A stretch of DNA of 64,000 nt. It comes from Chiloscyllium plagiosum. Taxonomy: Eukaryota. The notes below the pieces were generated by a model. That model saw only the letters and a list, made by a program, of their open reading frames with translations. It was not told the origin of the DNA and ran no database searches. Positions 48,500 to 61,339 of this stretch are shown here, piece by piece (position 1 is the stretch's first letter; every line of letters begins with the position of its first letter). The stretch lies in contig NC_057719.1 in assembly GCF_004010195.1 (NCBI RefSeq), positions 80,341,486-80,405,485 of the forward strand, in the 5' to 3' direction. The position numbers and the translations under genes are program-made.

Positions 48500-49740
48500 G
48501 CTTCAGCACTCTCAAGGGACTATCCTCCCTATGATACCCCCATCACTTTGTCCTACTTCATACAGGGCCTTTCCGTGTATTTCCACGAGATATAGCCTCT
48601 TTTACTTCACCCACTCCTGCCTGTCGGAGGCCTCATACACCCTTTCCCCGCGAAGCAGTGTACTCTTTTTTGACCTAGTCAACTGTACTTGGTGCTCTAC
48701 GTTGAGGAGACCAAATGCAGGCTGGGCGACTGCTAACAAAAATGCCTTGCACTGGTGAAGAGATAGAGCCTTGGTGGATCTTAGGGTGGGAGGCTGTGGG
48801 CTTGGGAGGAGGTTAGAAGGGAAGGAAAGGAGGGTAGCATGGCAAGAAAGGGCAGCATGGTAGCTTAGTGGTTAGCACTGCTGCCTCATAGCGCCAGGGA
48901 CTTGGGCTCGATTCCAGCCTCGGGTGACTGTCTGTGTGGAGTTTGCATGTCCTCTCTGTGGCTGCGTTGGTTTCTTCTGGGTGCTCTGGTTTCCTCCAAC
49001 GATGTGCAGGTTAGGTGGATTGATCAGTAAGCATGACCCTGATTGCCTGGTAGCTTGACATTTTAATACACTGCCCTTCTGTCACGGTTTCAGTTGTGTT
49101 CCAGGTCTGCTGCAGTATCTCAGTAAAGCCCAGTGCAAACCTGGGGGGGGGTCACCATCTAATTTTCAGCTTCAGCCTTTACAGCCTTTTGGATTCAAAT
49201 CAAAATCGACAACAATTTCAGACCACGAACATTGACTTCCATCTGGATATTGATTTTCTCCCAGCCCCCAACCCCTATCTCCCACCATTGTCAATGTTTG
49301 TATCTTGCTCTCATTTCCTTTGCTTCTGGCAGAGTGGACCTTCAATCTGCTCTTAACTCTCAATCTACGCTATGTCCTTCTCTACAACTATTACCACTCC
49401 CTTTGCTATTTGTCTGTTCACCTTTGACCTCTAAACTCCCCCTCTGTCTCTCTCTCTGACCTTCGCTTTTATTCCACTTGCTGAAGAAGTCACTGGAGAC
49501 TTGCACTGTACTCATTTGAGGATCTGTGACAATAAAGCTAATTCAATTCAATTCGCTTTCTCAACAGCATAAAACCCAGCCATTTTCCACCTCTCTCTTC
49601 AGTTCTGAGGAAGCGTCATATTTAGTGTGAAACTTTAGCCCTGCTTCTTTCTCCACAGATGTTGCCAGACTGGATATGTTTCTCGGCCACTTTCTGCTAC
49701 TTACGAACTCTCCACCGTCTGCAGGATCTTTCCTGTTTTC
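48500..49740 (+). mobile_element. Second, older PLE 3' fragment (GIY-YIG plus terminal repeat) interrupted by a templated insertion
   Basis: YVEETKCRLGDC before and ISKHDPDCLVA*HFNT...GLLQ...HHLIF after the insertion; degenerate hammerhead AGTTCTGAGGAAG at ~49601. Confidence 0.75.
48748..49026 (+). repeat. Diverged direct copy of 45421-45690 (flank plus SINE 5' half)
   Basis: Shared TGCACTG.TGAAGAGATA..GCCTTGGTGGAT...GTAGCATGGCAAGAAAGGGCAGC junction. Confidence 0.85.
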
Positions 49741-49924
49741 AAGCTTGTGAATGTTTACTTAGGGTTTGCTTTTTTGCTCTTAAGTAATACTTTCTATACA
49801 TGAAACCCCACTGTGCCTGAAGTTTGTGTCCTGCTGAGGTATATTGGGATCAGAGCACTGTTACCTGGAAACGCTCACCATCATCACTGGAGCAATCACT
49901 CTTACCAGGATAATTCTCGTAAAA

Positions 49925-50276
49925 CACCTACAGTGTGGAAAGAGGCCATTCAGCCCAGTAAGTCTGCGCCAACCCTCCAAACAGTATCCCATCCAGACCT
50001 AGTGCCCCCACCCTAACCCCCTAACTCTGCATTTCTCATGGTGAACTCACCTAGCCTGCTCAACCCTCCACCCTACGGGGAAATTTAGCGTGGTCAATCC
50101 ATCTAACCTGCACATCCTCGGGCTGTGGGTGGAAACCGGAGCACCTGGAGGAAACCCACACAGACACGGGGAAAATGCGCAAACTCCACCCAGACAGTCA
50201 CCTGAGGCTGGAATCAAAGAGGGGTCCTTGGTGCTGTGAAGCAGCAGTGCTCACCACTGAGCCACGGTGACACCCT
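49925..50276 (-). mobile_element. HE1-type SINE
   Basis: Similar to the other copies. Confidence 0.8.
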
Positions 50277-50789
50277 TAATCCATTCTCCTTGTGAATGGC
50301 TGAGTGGAAGTGAGATGTCAGTATTGGCTGTGAGTTTGGAGATAACGTAACTCTATCTTAGCCTTACAGTTGTTGGCTGGTGAGGGTGGTGGAAGATTGT
50401 TGGCTACCTTTGTCGATTGGAAGGTTTTGACACCATATTTGGTTCTGATCAAGCTTCTGTTTCCCAGGTAATATGTATTGAGAATGGACCCATCTTGGAG
50501 ACTTTACGATTGTCTGTGAAATGTTTTCCTTCAACCCATCCCGACCCCTTCACCCTGGGTAAATGTGCTCCCATTTGAACACTAGTTTGTTGAGTCTTGA
50601 GTCAGGGACTTAGCCACTCATGTGTGATTGGCATGGCCTCTACACGTAGGGAACTTGTCCACCAGTTAACTTAATCTCAGTCAAAGGGAAGGTGATAAGA
50701 TCCATTATTATGGAGGTTATAGTCGGACATGTGGCAAATTACAATGTGACCATGCAGAGCCAACATGGCTTTCCTTAACTAACCTACAG

Positions 50790-51052
50790 TAGAATAGAAT
50801 CCCTACAGAGTGGAAACAGGCCCTTCAGCCCAACAAGTCCATACCAACCCTCTGAAGGGTAACTACCCAGACCCATTCCCCATATTTAACAGTGACTAAT
50901 GCACTTAACCCACCCATCTTTAGATTGTGGGAGGAAACTGGAGTACACCCTCACAAACATGAGGAGAATGTGCAAACTCCGCACAGGCAGTCATCCGAAA
51001 CTGGAATCAAACCGGGTTCCCTGGTGCTTACCACTGAGCCACTGTGCAACCC
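50790..51052 (-). mobile_element. HE1-type SINE
   Basis: Similar to the other copies. Confidence 0.75.
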
Positions 51053-51099
51053 TATTAGAGCATTTTGATAAAATTCTATCAGGGAATTTTGATTAATTA

Positions 51100-51715
51100 A
51101 TTTTAGCAGTGGGATTGTAGGTACAGGGTACTTCGATTGCCCAAAGACATGTGATGAAGTGACATAACTAAGATAAGAACATGTAGCGTAGAGGCAGCAT
51201 GGATAAAGTGTTGCTTAGCTAACAAGGGAGCAGAGAGTATGCTTAAATGCACTGGCAAGCTGTAACTAATGAAGTGCAATAGGAAGCAATGCTGGTTCCT
51301 GAACTATTTAGAATCTAAATCACTGATTTGGATGAGGGGACAAAATATATGGTAGTTAAATTTATTGATGGCATCCAGATAGGTAGGAAAACAACTTGAT
51401 GAAAGAAAATGGAGAGTCTGCAATGGAATATAGACAGGTCAAGTGAATGAGCAAAACTTTGGCAGATGGAGTATAATGCAGGTACATGTGAACTTGTCCC
51501 GTTTGGAAGGGAAACCAGTTAAATGGAGAGGGATTGCAGAACCCTACATTCCTGAAGTATCTGGGAGCCCTGATACGTGAATCACACAAAGTTGGTGTGC
51601 AAGTGCAGCAAGTGAATCCGAAGACAAATGGATTGTGGTGATTATTATAAGTGGAATGGAATGTAAGAGGAGGTAAGTTTCACTGCAGCTGTACAGAGTG
51701 TTAGTGAGACCACAG
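51100..51715 (+). mobile_element. Old CR1 RT fragment
   Basis: Degenerate KFIDGIQIG, W(Q)MEYN and QLYRVLVRP motifs. Confidence 0.6.
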
Positions 51716-53224
51716 TATAGCAATCAAACAGACCTGAGTTCCAAAGCACAAGTTGGACACTCTACAGGAGACAGTCAAAAAACATTTTGAGGAGGGCAGA
51801 GTATTTTTTTGGGCAAGTCCAAAAATCTGTTGGGGAGATGTCAAGTATCATTTGGGAGAAATGAAGTGCCCTTTGGAAGAGCACAACTGCCCTTTGAGAT
51901 TGTTGAAAGCAGACATGAATATGCATAAGGAAGTGGATAAAGTGGTTGGAGTTGCCAAAGGATTTAAGTCTCCTGGCCTGAAAACATTTATCTTAGGAAT
52001 TATGCTGTTTAACAACATTACTAATGGACCCCTCAGCAGCAAACACAGGAGGAAAACAGTCTGTCGCTGGAGGAGCAGCTCCTCACCAATTCAGCCAATT
52101 CTGCTTCTTGTGCTGGTGTTGGGGGGAGGTGTCAACACTTGTCTGACTGGTCATTTTCATGACTCAATTTCCCTCCCTTACTGTGCACCTTTAGCTCTGA
52201 TGCAATCATCAGTGAACACCCCCCATTTGGCAATCTTATGATGTGGAGGGGTGGTGGGGGGAGGTGGGAGGCAGTGGGAAATGGTGCAGGCCATCAACAA
52301 GGCAGCTGACAAGGTCTGGGACATTCCCTGTGAGGGACCTCTGGCAAGTGAGATCTCTGACAATCACATCCAGCTTTCTTTGTACAAGATCCCCCTGCTT
52401 CCCATTTAATTCAATTTAATGATGGGTTCTCAATGCAACAGCTGTCAAATGCTGTCTTGTCATCAAAGATAACGCTTTGCATGTCACCAGTGTGATCCTA
52501 CTCCACTGTCCATGCTTGGATCAAGGTGGTAATGAGATCTGGGCTGTGTGATTCTTGTGGAACCCAGGCTGAGGATTGGTGACAGATTAATGGTGAACCT
52601 TGATAGTGTTACGCAGGGAAATGTTTCAAAAGGGAGTCATTGTTACACTGACTTTACCGACTCCACAAATGTAGGTGGAAACAAGCAGTTCTGAAGGAAG
52701 CAGATGTGTCAGTATTAACTTCAATTGTTCAACCACCTCTACGTTTGAATATGTCTCAATTTCAACTTCATCAGACGAATTGAAATGGAACCACAACCAT
52801 TTCAAGAACAACTGGCCCAGAAGCAAATAACTGTCCAAACACTGGGCCTGGAATAAATATTAGTGACTAATCAGTGCAGGGATACCCAGTAGAAATCCTC
52901 ATTGGGCTTTCCAAACTCATGGTAGAATCCCCAACAGATGAAAAAAATCTAGTGTTATCAGTCATGTGGTCTAAGGGAGCATTTAACGTTGTCAACTTGG
53001 AGAAATTCACAGATCTCACAAACTTCATTCCTCAGTCTTCTAAAACAGAAGTCAATGTCAGTGACAGAGAGGGTGTAGAATGAGCAGCTATCATCTCGTA
53101 ACAAAGTGGAGAATTGGAAAATGTTTACTTCTCCAGTCAAACAACCTCAATGCCTGACTGAAGATATTGAGTATGCCAATAACTCAAGGGAGATCAGCGA
53201 CATTTAACTCCATAAGAGTAATAC

Positions 53225-53650
53225 CGCAACCAGGGTCTTCCCCCATCAACATCCCAGGGCCTCCAATTGATCTGAAGCCGGACTGGACTAATCATATTCA
53301 TGCAGTGGCTACAAGAACAAATCGGATGCTCGGAATCCTGCAGTGACTGAGTCACCTCCTGACTCTCCAAAATCTACAAGGCAGAAGTCAGGACTGTGGT
53401 AGGATAAGGGCAGCTCCGACAATGCTTAAGAAACGTGACACCATTCAGGACAGAGCAGCCCACTTAATTGGCACCACATCCACAAACATTCATATCCTCC
53501 ACCACAACACTCAGTAGCAGCAATGTGTATTATCTACACCATGCACTGCAGATATTTACCAATGCTCTTCCAAACCCACAACCATTTCCATAGTGAAGGA
53601 CAGGGGCAAGCAGAGACATAGGAGTGAACACCACAACCTGTAAGTTCCGC
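53225..53650 (+). mobile_element. L2/CR1-group LINE RT C-terminal fragment
   Basis: Manual translation: WTNHIHAVATRTNRMLGIL...IYKAEVR...DTIQDRAAHLIG...HILHH. Confidence 0.65.
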
Positions 53651-54084
53651 TCATCAGTCCTCAAGCAAATCACCTCCCATTCTCCTCAGTTCAAAGAGAG
53701 TTCATTGTGAGAAATCGCAAAGCACCACGAAGATTCCAATAGCTAGATCCCACAAACCGCAGTGGAATAGGCAATTTATCTTCTTAGTGGTGGTAAAAGA
53801 AAAATAAATAGTGGAAGTAAGCTACTGGGTAAACACTACCAGGAAGTGGCATGGTGGGAATTTTTGCATTCATCTATGAAGGAATGTTGGGCTCAGATTC
53901 CATATGAGATATTATTCTGTTAAAATACTCCATAGTAAAAAGGGAGAGGTCGGTCACACTTATATAAAAGTCGAAAGCAAATGAACACAGATTTAAAGTG
54001 ATTTGTAAAGGAAGCACAAATGAAATGAGGAAAAGCTTTTCCAAACAGTGAGTGGTTAAAGTCTAGAAGGCCTGCCCAAGATCT

Positions 54085-54565
54085 TGCACCAACATCAGTC
54101 CTTGAACAGACCAACACCCCCATCACCGAGGCACTGACCATCCTTGATCGGCTGCAATGGGCTGGGCATGTCGTCCTCATGACCGACACGAGACTCCCCA
54201 AGCAGGTGCTCCAATCCCAGTTCTGAAACGGTAGGTGAGCCCCAGGTGGACAGAGTGGACAGAGGCCTCACTGGTGAAGTGTGGCATTCCCAGAGACACC
54301 TGGGAATCACTGGCCCAAAACTGTCCAAAGTGGAGGAGGAGCATCTGGGAAGGCGTCGAGCATCTCGAGACTTGGCGTCAGGAAAAAGTATAAGCCAGGG
54401 GCAAACAGTGCAAGGAATCTGCTACCACACTCACCCGTTCGCATGACCACCTTCTGCCCTAAGTGTAACAGAGCCTGCAATAGCTGCATCAGTCTGTACA
54501 GTCACCTACAGACTCACCCTGAGTCATCCTCATCTGCTCGAGCCTGCAATGATGGTGATGACGAG
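54085..54565 (+). mobile_element. RTE (BovB-like) LINE 3' fragment inserted in a CR1 3' fragment (~53900-54740)
   Basis: LQWAGHVVLMTDTRLPKQVL and CPKCNRACNSCISLYSHLQTH; (GAT/GAC)n tail; GAAGGC(A)CTGC on both sides. Confidence 0.8.
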
Positions 54566-55569
54566 GAGAAGGCACTGCTGGAGATTTGGGTGGAGGCAGG
54601 TTCCAGTGAAACACTCAAAAGGGAATTAGATTCTTATATGAAATAGAAGAACGTGCAGGAATGAATTGCTTATTTGGAGATCTAGTGCAGACACGATGGT
54701 CCAAATGGTCTCCTTCTATGTTCTGTAACAGTTCCGCCGTTCTCTGATACAGTCCAGAGTCTCAACTGAAAGCTGACATCTCCATCACTTGGAGCGAGCA
54801 CTGGACTGGCAGTCAGGAGTTCCTGCAGTCTAATTTAAACACATATCTGCTGACTGACAAAGAATTGTGCACATAATTTTACCCATATTTTATAAATATG
54901 ATAAAAGGATGTATATTCGGATAACTGCTTCCAAAAGAGCCGCACTGAAATAACTACAGTGAACTTAAGCCGAACTTAGATACCAAAGAGTCCATTGGGA
55001 TACTCTTAACTGGATTGATCTGAAAGAGCGTGAATGCAAGTACTCTCCATGACAAGTAATTGCTTCTCTATAGAGCACTACAGATGACATGTAGTTACCA
55101 ATAACATTTAATTACACAGCCAGGAGTTTTGGCTGCATTTTTGAGGTCAGTGACTATAATTCTGAATTAATGGCATATCAGTAATATGGGGAAATAACAA
55201 TCCATTAGCAGCTGCTTCAGTGTAAAATGATAATCTGCACCAAAAGCAAATAATTTCACAGGTCTCCACTGGAACTGTAACTCTTTCTTAATCCAGACAT
55301 GGGAAAATATGTTTGAAAGAGTTCTACAATGTTTTACAGGGCTCAAGGCTTTTCCCAAAGCACTTTAATGATACAGAAATAGTTCAGTCTGAAACATGGA
55401 TAAGAGGATTAGAATATAATTTATAATTATATCATAAATGTACAATGCAAGGCTGTATTATACAAGGCTATTTTTCAGAGTATAGCCTGATCATTGCAAG
55501 GAGGTCATTCAAGGATGATGTCCAGAAAACACAGTCTGATTTTTCTTTATAGTGCTGAACAGATGTTTC

Positions 55570-55855
55570 ATTTGAGTGTGTAGGAGATGTTAAAGGGATT
55601 AACAAAGCAGACGTACAGAGGATGTTTCCCCTTGTGGGCCAGCCTAGAACGGGAGGTCACAGTTCTAGGATAAGGGGTGGCAGATTTAAAACAGAGATGA
55701 GGAGGAATTACTTCTCTCAAAGGGGCCGGGGATCGGTTGAATTCACTCCCCCTGATGCCAGGACACTGAGTTAATTCAAATAGGAGATTGACAGACTTTT
55801 AATCAGTTAAAGGGCCAGGACAGCGGGCAGGAAAGTGGAGATGAGACCGAGATAA
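55570..55855 (+). mobile_element. CR1 3' fragment
   Basis: MFPLVG..RTGGH.SRIRG.RFKTEMRRNYFSQ. Confidence 0.7.
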
Positions 55856-55859
55856 GAGA

Positions 55860-56595
55860 GAGTCACTGAAGTCGTAGAGATGTACAGCACAGAAGTAGAC
55901 CCTTCAGTCCAACTCAGCCATGCTGATCAGATATCCTAAATTAATCTAGTCCCATTGGCCAGCACTTGGCCCACATCCCTCTCAACCCTTCCTATTCATA
56001 TACCCATCCAGATGCCTTTTAAATGTTGTAGTTGTACTAGCCTCCAGCACTTCCACTGGCAGTTTGTTCTATATATGCATCACCCTCTGCTTGGAAAAAG
56101 TTGCCCCTTAGCTCCCTTATAAATCTTTCCCCTCTCACCTTAACCTATGATCTCTAGTTTTGGACTCCCCCACCCTGGTTAAAAGACCTTGGTTATTCAC
56201 CCTATCTATGCCTGTCATGATTTTACAAACTTCCTCAGCCTCCGACGCTCCAGGGAAAACAGCCCCAGCCTATCCAGCCTCTTCCTGTAGCTCAAATCCT
56301 CCAACCCTGGCAACATCCTTGAAAATCTGTTCTGAACCCTTTCAAGTTCCACAGCATCTTTCCTATAGCCAGGAGACCAGTATTGAATGCAGTATTGCAA
56401 ATGTGGCCTAACCAATGACCTGTACAGCTGCAACTTGACCTCTCAACTCCTATACTCAATGCACTGACCAATAAAGGCAAGCATATCAAATGCCTTCTTC
56501 ACTACCTTGTCTACCTGAGACTCCACTTCCAAGGAACTATGAACATGCACACCAAAATCTTTTTGTTCGGCAACACTCCCCAGGATCTTACCACA
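55860..56595 (-). mobile_element. CR1 3' fragment
   Basis: ORF 56215..56433 LYRSLVRPHLQYC...LGLFSLERRRL. Confidence 0.88.
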
Positions 56596-56839
56596 ATGAT
56601 TAAATGGTGGAGCAGTCTGAAGGGCCTGAATTGCCTTTTTCTGCTCCTGTTTCTTATGTTCTTATGTTAAGCTACCTTTTGCAATGGGGCCTTATATGTG
56701 GCTTGTGCAAGACCATTTTTACTGCTGCGTGGCTGGGCAACCATGGAGCTTAAAGGCAACTCTGAAAAGGCAGCACCTCTTCACAAAAACTAGTTGGAAC
56801 ATGGAATTGTCAATGCCAAAGAGTCCATGGAGGCTATAT

Positions 56840-57170
56840 GTAGTTAAAATCCCCATGATAATTGCTGTACCATTTTGACAAGCTTCCATTAATTCTTCCT
56901 TGATGCCCTGTCCTGCTGTATGGTTACAGATAGGGAGACTATACACAACTCTCACAAGTGACCTGTTGCCCGTATCGTTCCTCAACTTTACCCATACTGC
57001 CATATACCCTGGTTTCCTGAATTTAGATCATCTCACTCTAATATTACCTTTAATTAACAGAACCACTCCTCCACCTCTTTCCAAGCTTCCCATTCTTACT
57101 AAATGCCACATATCCTTCAATATTCATGTCCCAATCTGGATCATTCTGAAACCACATCTTAGACACTAGA
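56840..57170 (-). mobile_element. CR1 APE endonuclease fragment
   Basis: ORF 56719..57003 VWVKLRN...VVYSLP...TAIIMG. Confidence 0.65.
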
Positions 57171-57334
57171 TAATACTCTTTATCTAATTTTTTTTACTGT
57201 ATTGAAATATAATGATATGGAATACAATACTTGAAAATGTAATTTCAATTGCATCAACAACCTACATTTGTATAGCACCTTCAATATAACAAAAACATCT
57301 GCAGGTAATTTAGAGAAGCATTATAAAAGAATCA

Positions 57335-57685
57335 GGTTGTAAGTTTGCTCGCTGAGCTGGACGATTTGTTCTCAGATGTTTCATCACCACGCTAGGTAAC
57401 ATCATCACTGAGCCTCCGGTGAAGCACTGGTGTTCTGTCCCATTTTCTATTCATGTGTCTTGGTCTTTTAAGGTGGGTGATATCATTTTTTTTCCAGAGG
57501 TTGGTAAATGGGGTCCAAATCATTGCGTTTATGTCAGCCAATTCTTCCATAACAAATCTAAAAAAGACACAATACGCCCAAAGACCCGAGCCACGCTACC
57601 AAACAGTACAGACATCTCAGAGATGACAACCAGGCTACTCTGGCCTCTTGGCATCATGGTAGCCCACAAACCTACCAACACACTT
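57335..57685. mobile_element. Penelope/Poseidon-type PLE: inverted terminal repeat (minus, hammerhead 57371-57412) plus ORF linker fragment (plus)
   Basis: Minus strand ctca-GTGATGA-T-GTTACC-TAGCGT-GGTGAT-GAA-ACAT-C-tgag; plus strand ATLP...ISEMTTRLLWPLGIMVAHKPTNTL. Confidence 0.7.
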
Positions 57686-57888
57686 GAGCTGCCCAAGGAA
57701 GTGTTGGACGCTGGCACAATTAGAGCATTTGAAAGACATCTGAATGGGTATAGGGAAAGGAAGGGTTGAGGGATATGGGCCAAATACTGGCAAATGGGAC
57801 GAGATTAATTTAGCATATCTGGTCAGCATGGACGAGTTGGACCGAAGGGTCTGTGTCTGTGCTGTAGGGGTCTATGAGTCTATGACTG
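57685..57888 (+). mobile_element. CR1 3' end
   Basis: ELPKEVLDAGTI..FERHLNGY plus tail. Confidence 0.8.
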
Positions 57889-57999
57889 TAATTCCCACCT
57901 CCGTTCCCCACCCCAGCATTCCTTCCTTTGGTTGTGGTCCAGTTGATGAAGGAAATCCTCCGATTTGATCTTGGGATGTGACAAATAGAGGCAAGCTAC

Positions 58000-58273
58000 T
58001 TAGGATATCTGATCGGCATGGACAAGTGGACCGAAGGGTTTGTTACTGTGCTGTACATCTCTATGACTCTATGGCTGAATGGCCTTACATTTCTACTCAC
58101 TCTTCATTGCAGTCAAGCATTAGGAGTCAAACACGTAATGTGTAATTGAAACCAAGTCTGGGTCAAACCACACAGTGAGATTTCATCTGCCACCAGATAC
58201 TGTGAACCCACTGTGTTTTACAACAAACTGAATCTTTCCACAGTATCTATTGAAAAGCGTTTCATAACTCAAA
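58000..58273 (+). repeat. Direct copy of 59087-59362 (CR1 tail plus ~200 bp of downstream flank)
   Basis: Collinear high similarity, including the shared variant GTTTGTTACTGTGCTGTAC. Confidence 0.9.
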
Positions 58274-58331
58274 CACACTGTCAGATCAGAAGACCAGTCA
58301 CCATCCAACCAAATGTCAGAGCACTCTCAGA

Positions 58332-59160
58332 GGGGGCCGAGGAGTGGCTGTTGGAGTTTAATTTAGATAAATGTGAGATGTTGCATTTTGGAAAGGCAAA
58401 TCAGGGCAGGACTCATACACTTAATGGTAAGGTGCTGGAGAGTGTTGTTAACAAAGAGACTTTGGAGTGCAGGATCATAACTCTTTGAAAATGGAGTGTC
58501 AGGTAGACAGGATAGTGAAGGCGGCATTTGGTATGCTTTCCTTTATTGGTCAGAGCATTGAGTACAGGAGTTGGGCGATCATATTGCGGCTGTACAGGAC
58601 ATCGGTTAGGCCACTTTTGGAATATTGCATACAATTCTGGTCTCCTTTCTATTGGAAAGATGTTGTGAAACTTGAAAAGAGTTCAGAAAAGATTTAAAAG
58701 GATATTGCCAGGGTTGGAGGGTTTGAGGTATAGGGAGAGGTTGAATAGGCTGGGTCTGTTTTCCCTGGAGCGTCGGAGGCTGAGGGGTGACCTTATACAG
58801 GTGACCTTATTCATGAGGGGCATGGATAGGATAAATAGACATGGTCTTTTCCTTGGGGTGGGGGAGTCCAGAACTAGAGGGAATAGGTTTAGGGTGAGAG
58901 GGGAAAAATTTAAAAGGGATCCAAGTGGCCACGTTTTCATGCAGAGGGTGGTCTGTGCATGGAATGAGCTGCCAGAGGAAGCGATGGAGGCTGGTACAAT
59001 TGTAACATTTAAAAGGCATCTGGATGGGTATATGAATAGGAAGGGTTTGGAGAAATATGGACGAAGCGCTGGCAAATGGAACTAATTTAGGATATCTTGT
59101 CAGCATGGATGAGTTGGACCAAAGGGTTTGTTACTGTGCTGTACATCTCTATGGCGATAT
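58332..59160 (+). mobile_element. CR1 LINE, 5'-truncated
   Basis: ORFs 58467..58697 and 58672..59085. Confidence 0.92.
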
Positions 59161-59869
59161 GGCTGAATGGCCTTACATTTCTACTCATTCTTCATTGCAG
59201 TACAAGCATTAGGAGTCAAACATGTGATGTTCAATTGAAACCAAGTCTGGGTCAAACCACACAGTGAGACTTCATCTGCCACCAGATACAGTGAACCCAT
59301 TGTATTTTATAACAAACTGAATCTTTCCACAGTATCTATTGAAAAGAGTTTCATAACTCAAATTCGCTGTATCGCAGTTGCTAGATCAGTTCTGTTAAAT
59401 GCAAGGTGAGCATTTGGCTATATCTTACTGTGTAGCTTACAGATCTTTTGTACCATGGTTTGAGGTGGCTTTGATGAGATAAGACACTGATAGAAACACT
59501 GTCACAATTGAGAAACAATAGCCTTACATTGGATGATTAGAGTGCACAGTATGCTGTATGCTCATAGTGCTGAAGTAAAAGTCTCTTTGTGATAGCTGAA
59601 GTAAGGTCAAAATGGCTAATTATTAATTGAAACAGAAAGAGACACCAGTCTGAACCACTTCCACTATGCTTTAAACAGCAAAATGAAAGCTATCTATCAT
59701 AGCTGTCGTAGAGTCATTAACTTACATCTAAGTCCTCAGCGATCTATGCAGTAGCTTTGTCTTGTACCTAGTCGCATAATGATTTTGTCAAAGCATTTAT
59801 CACAGTAACGTTCAAGTCATTCACAATGGTCAATATGCAAGATCTCAAAGCCTTTCACTGGAGTACCAG

Positions 59870-60412
59870 TCGTTAGTCATTGGGTCAGGTTCTTGCCTCT
59901 GAATTGGAAGGTTGTGAGAGTGAGTCTGTCAAAACAGTGCCAAAAGAATGCTGCCTTATCAGATCCTCTCTAGAATGGGATATTCAACTGAGGCCCTATT
60001 TGCCCTTTTAGTGACTTAAAAGATCCCATTTCAATATTTGAAAAAGAACAGACGGGTTTGAAGAACAAGTGTTATATCAGACATGAAATGTAAACTCTTT
60101 CTCTCTCCATTTGTGTTACCAGACCGGCTGAGTTTTCCCTGCGTTTACTGTTTTTATTTTGGATTTCCAGCATCTGCAGTATTGTGCTTTGATTTGACTT
60201 TTCCCTGGGGCCTGTGCCAACGTCATTGCAAGATGGAATTTGTGCTTTACAATGTCATTCTTTGTGGGAGATCACTATACACAAATTGACTGCCATGTTT
60301 CCCACACTTTAACAGCGCCTACCCTTCAAAAAACACCTCGTTGGTTATGAAACACATTGGGACATCCTGAGGTTGTGAAAGGCGCTATACAAATTCATGT
60401 TCTTTCTCCTTC
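59870..60412 (+). mobile_element. Deu-domain SINE interrupted by a PLE terminus (family C, ~60055-60197)
   Basis: tRNA-like head, Deu core and GAAAGGCGCTATA tail; the insert ends GATTTCCAGCATCTGCAGTATTGTGCTTT. Confidence 0.6.
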
Positions 60413-61229
60413 GTTATTTGACTAAAAGCATTGGATGAGGAAATCACACTGTGTGCTGTTAGTAATCACCTCATTAGTCTGTAAATATGTGGCACTTAGC
60501 TATTTTAATTAAACCATTAAGCTATTTACTTTAACTAACTCACTCTGTTTGCTAAGATGGAGCAGTGAGTAATTTCATATAACATTTTGTATCATTTGTT
60601 ACTGATAATTTCCCTCCCTCCCTGGTCTTCATTGTTAAATTTCCTTGGTGTATCGCTGGAAGTGAGCATTTTCATGCTAAATTCTTATCAATATTGTTAT
60701 ACTATGGTGTGTCAAACTGTCATCTCTCCCATCCTTGATTCAAAGGTTAGAATATAGATTTATCACCACGTTGATGGTGGTAGTTTGCCAATGCCTTCAG
60801 CAAGATGACTGACTAGGAGGCTCTCCAACAGGGGTATTGGAAGGATATAGAAGCTGACAATCAGCCACATTTGACCATGGTTGCAACCACACCTTCCATT
60901 ACCAACAAGTCCTGTGGTGGGACTTGAACTTGGGGCCCAGAGGTAAGGAAGCTCCCACTACATGACAAGGCCTCCTGGTTTGAGTGGAAGGTTAAAAAAC
61001 TATTCCCGCCCCGTTAAGATTGCTAAATTGTGCCCCTCGTCCACTCACTAAAACAAACATTGCAGATCTGGAATGCATGGTTTTGTAATTGGAGCTACAA
61101 CATGTACATTTTAGCTCTCAGATACATGTACACAATGTATACAGACTAGGCAGGAATTGCATTAAGGTCATTAGGAGGGAGCTGACTATAAAGGACAGAT
61201 CAAAAAAATTACCATTACTTCCATATATT

Positions 61230-61339
61230 TTAAACAACCTGTTCCGACATGTGATCACACACCTTTGGATGGAGGTGGGACTTAAACCATGTCCTTCTGG
61301 TCTAGCAGTAGGGACACTACCACTGCACCACATGAGCCC
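61230..61339 (-). mobile_element. tRNA-derived SINE head (related relic at ~60910-60975)
   Basis: Minus strand GGGCTCATGTGGTGCAGTGGTAGTGTCCC...GGTTTAAGTCCC. Confidence 0.5.

Noticed and set aside
59333..59406. Possible plus-strand exon (CTTTCCACAG acceptor, AG/GTGAGC donor, one open frame)
   Set aside because: The peptide is unrecognisable and the acceptor lies in duplicated, probably repeat-derived DNA; it needs RNA-seq support.
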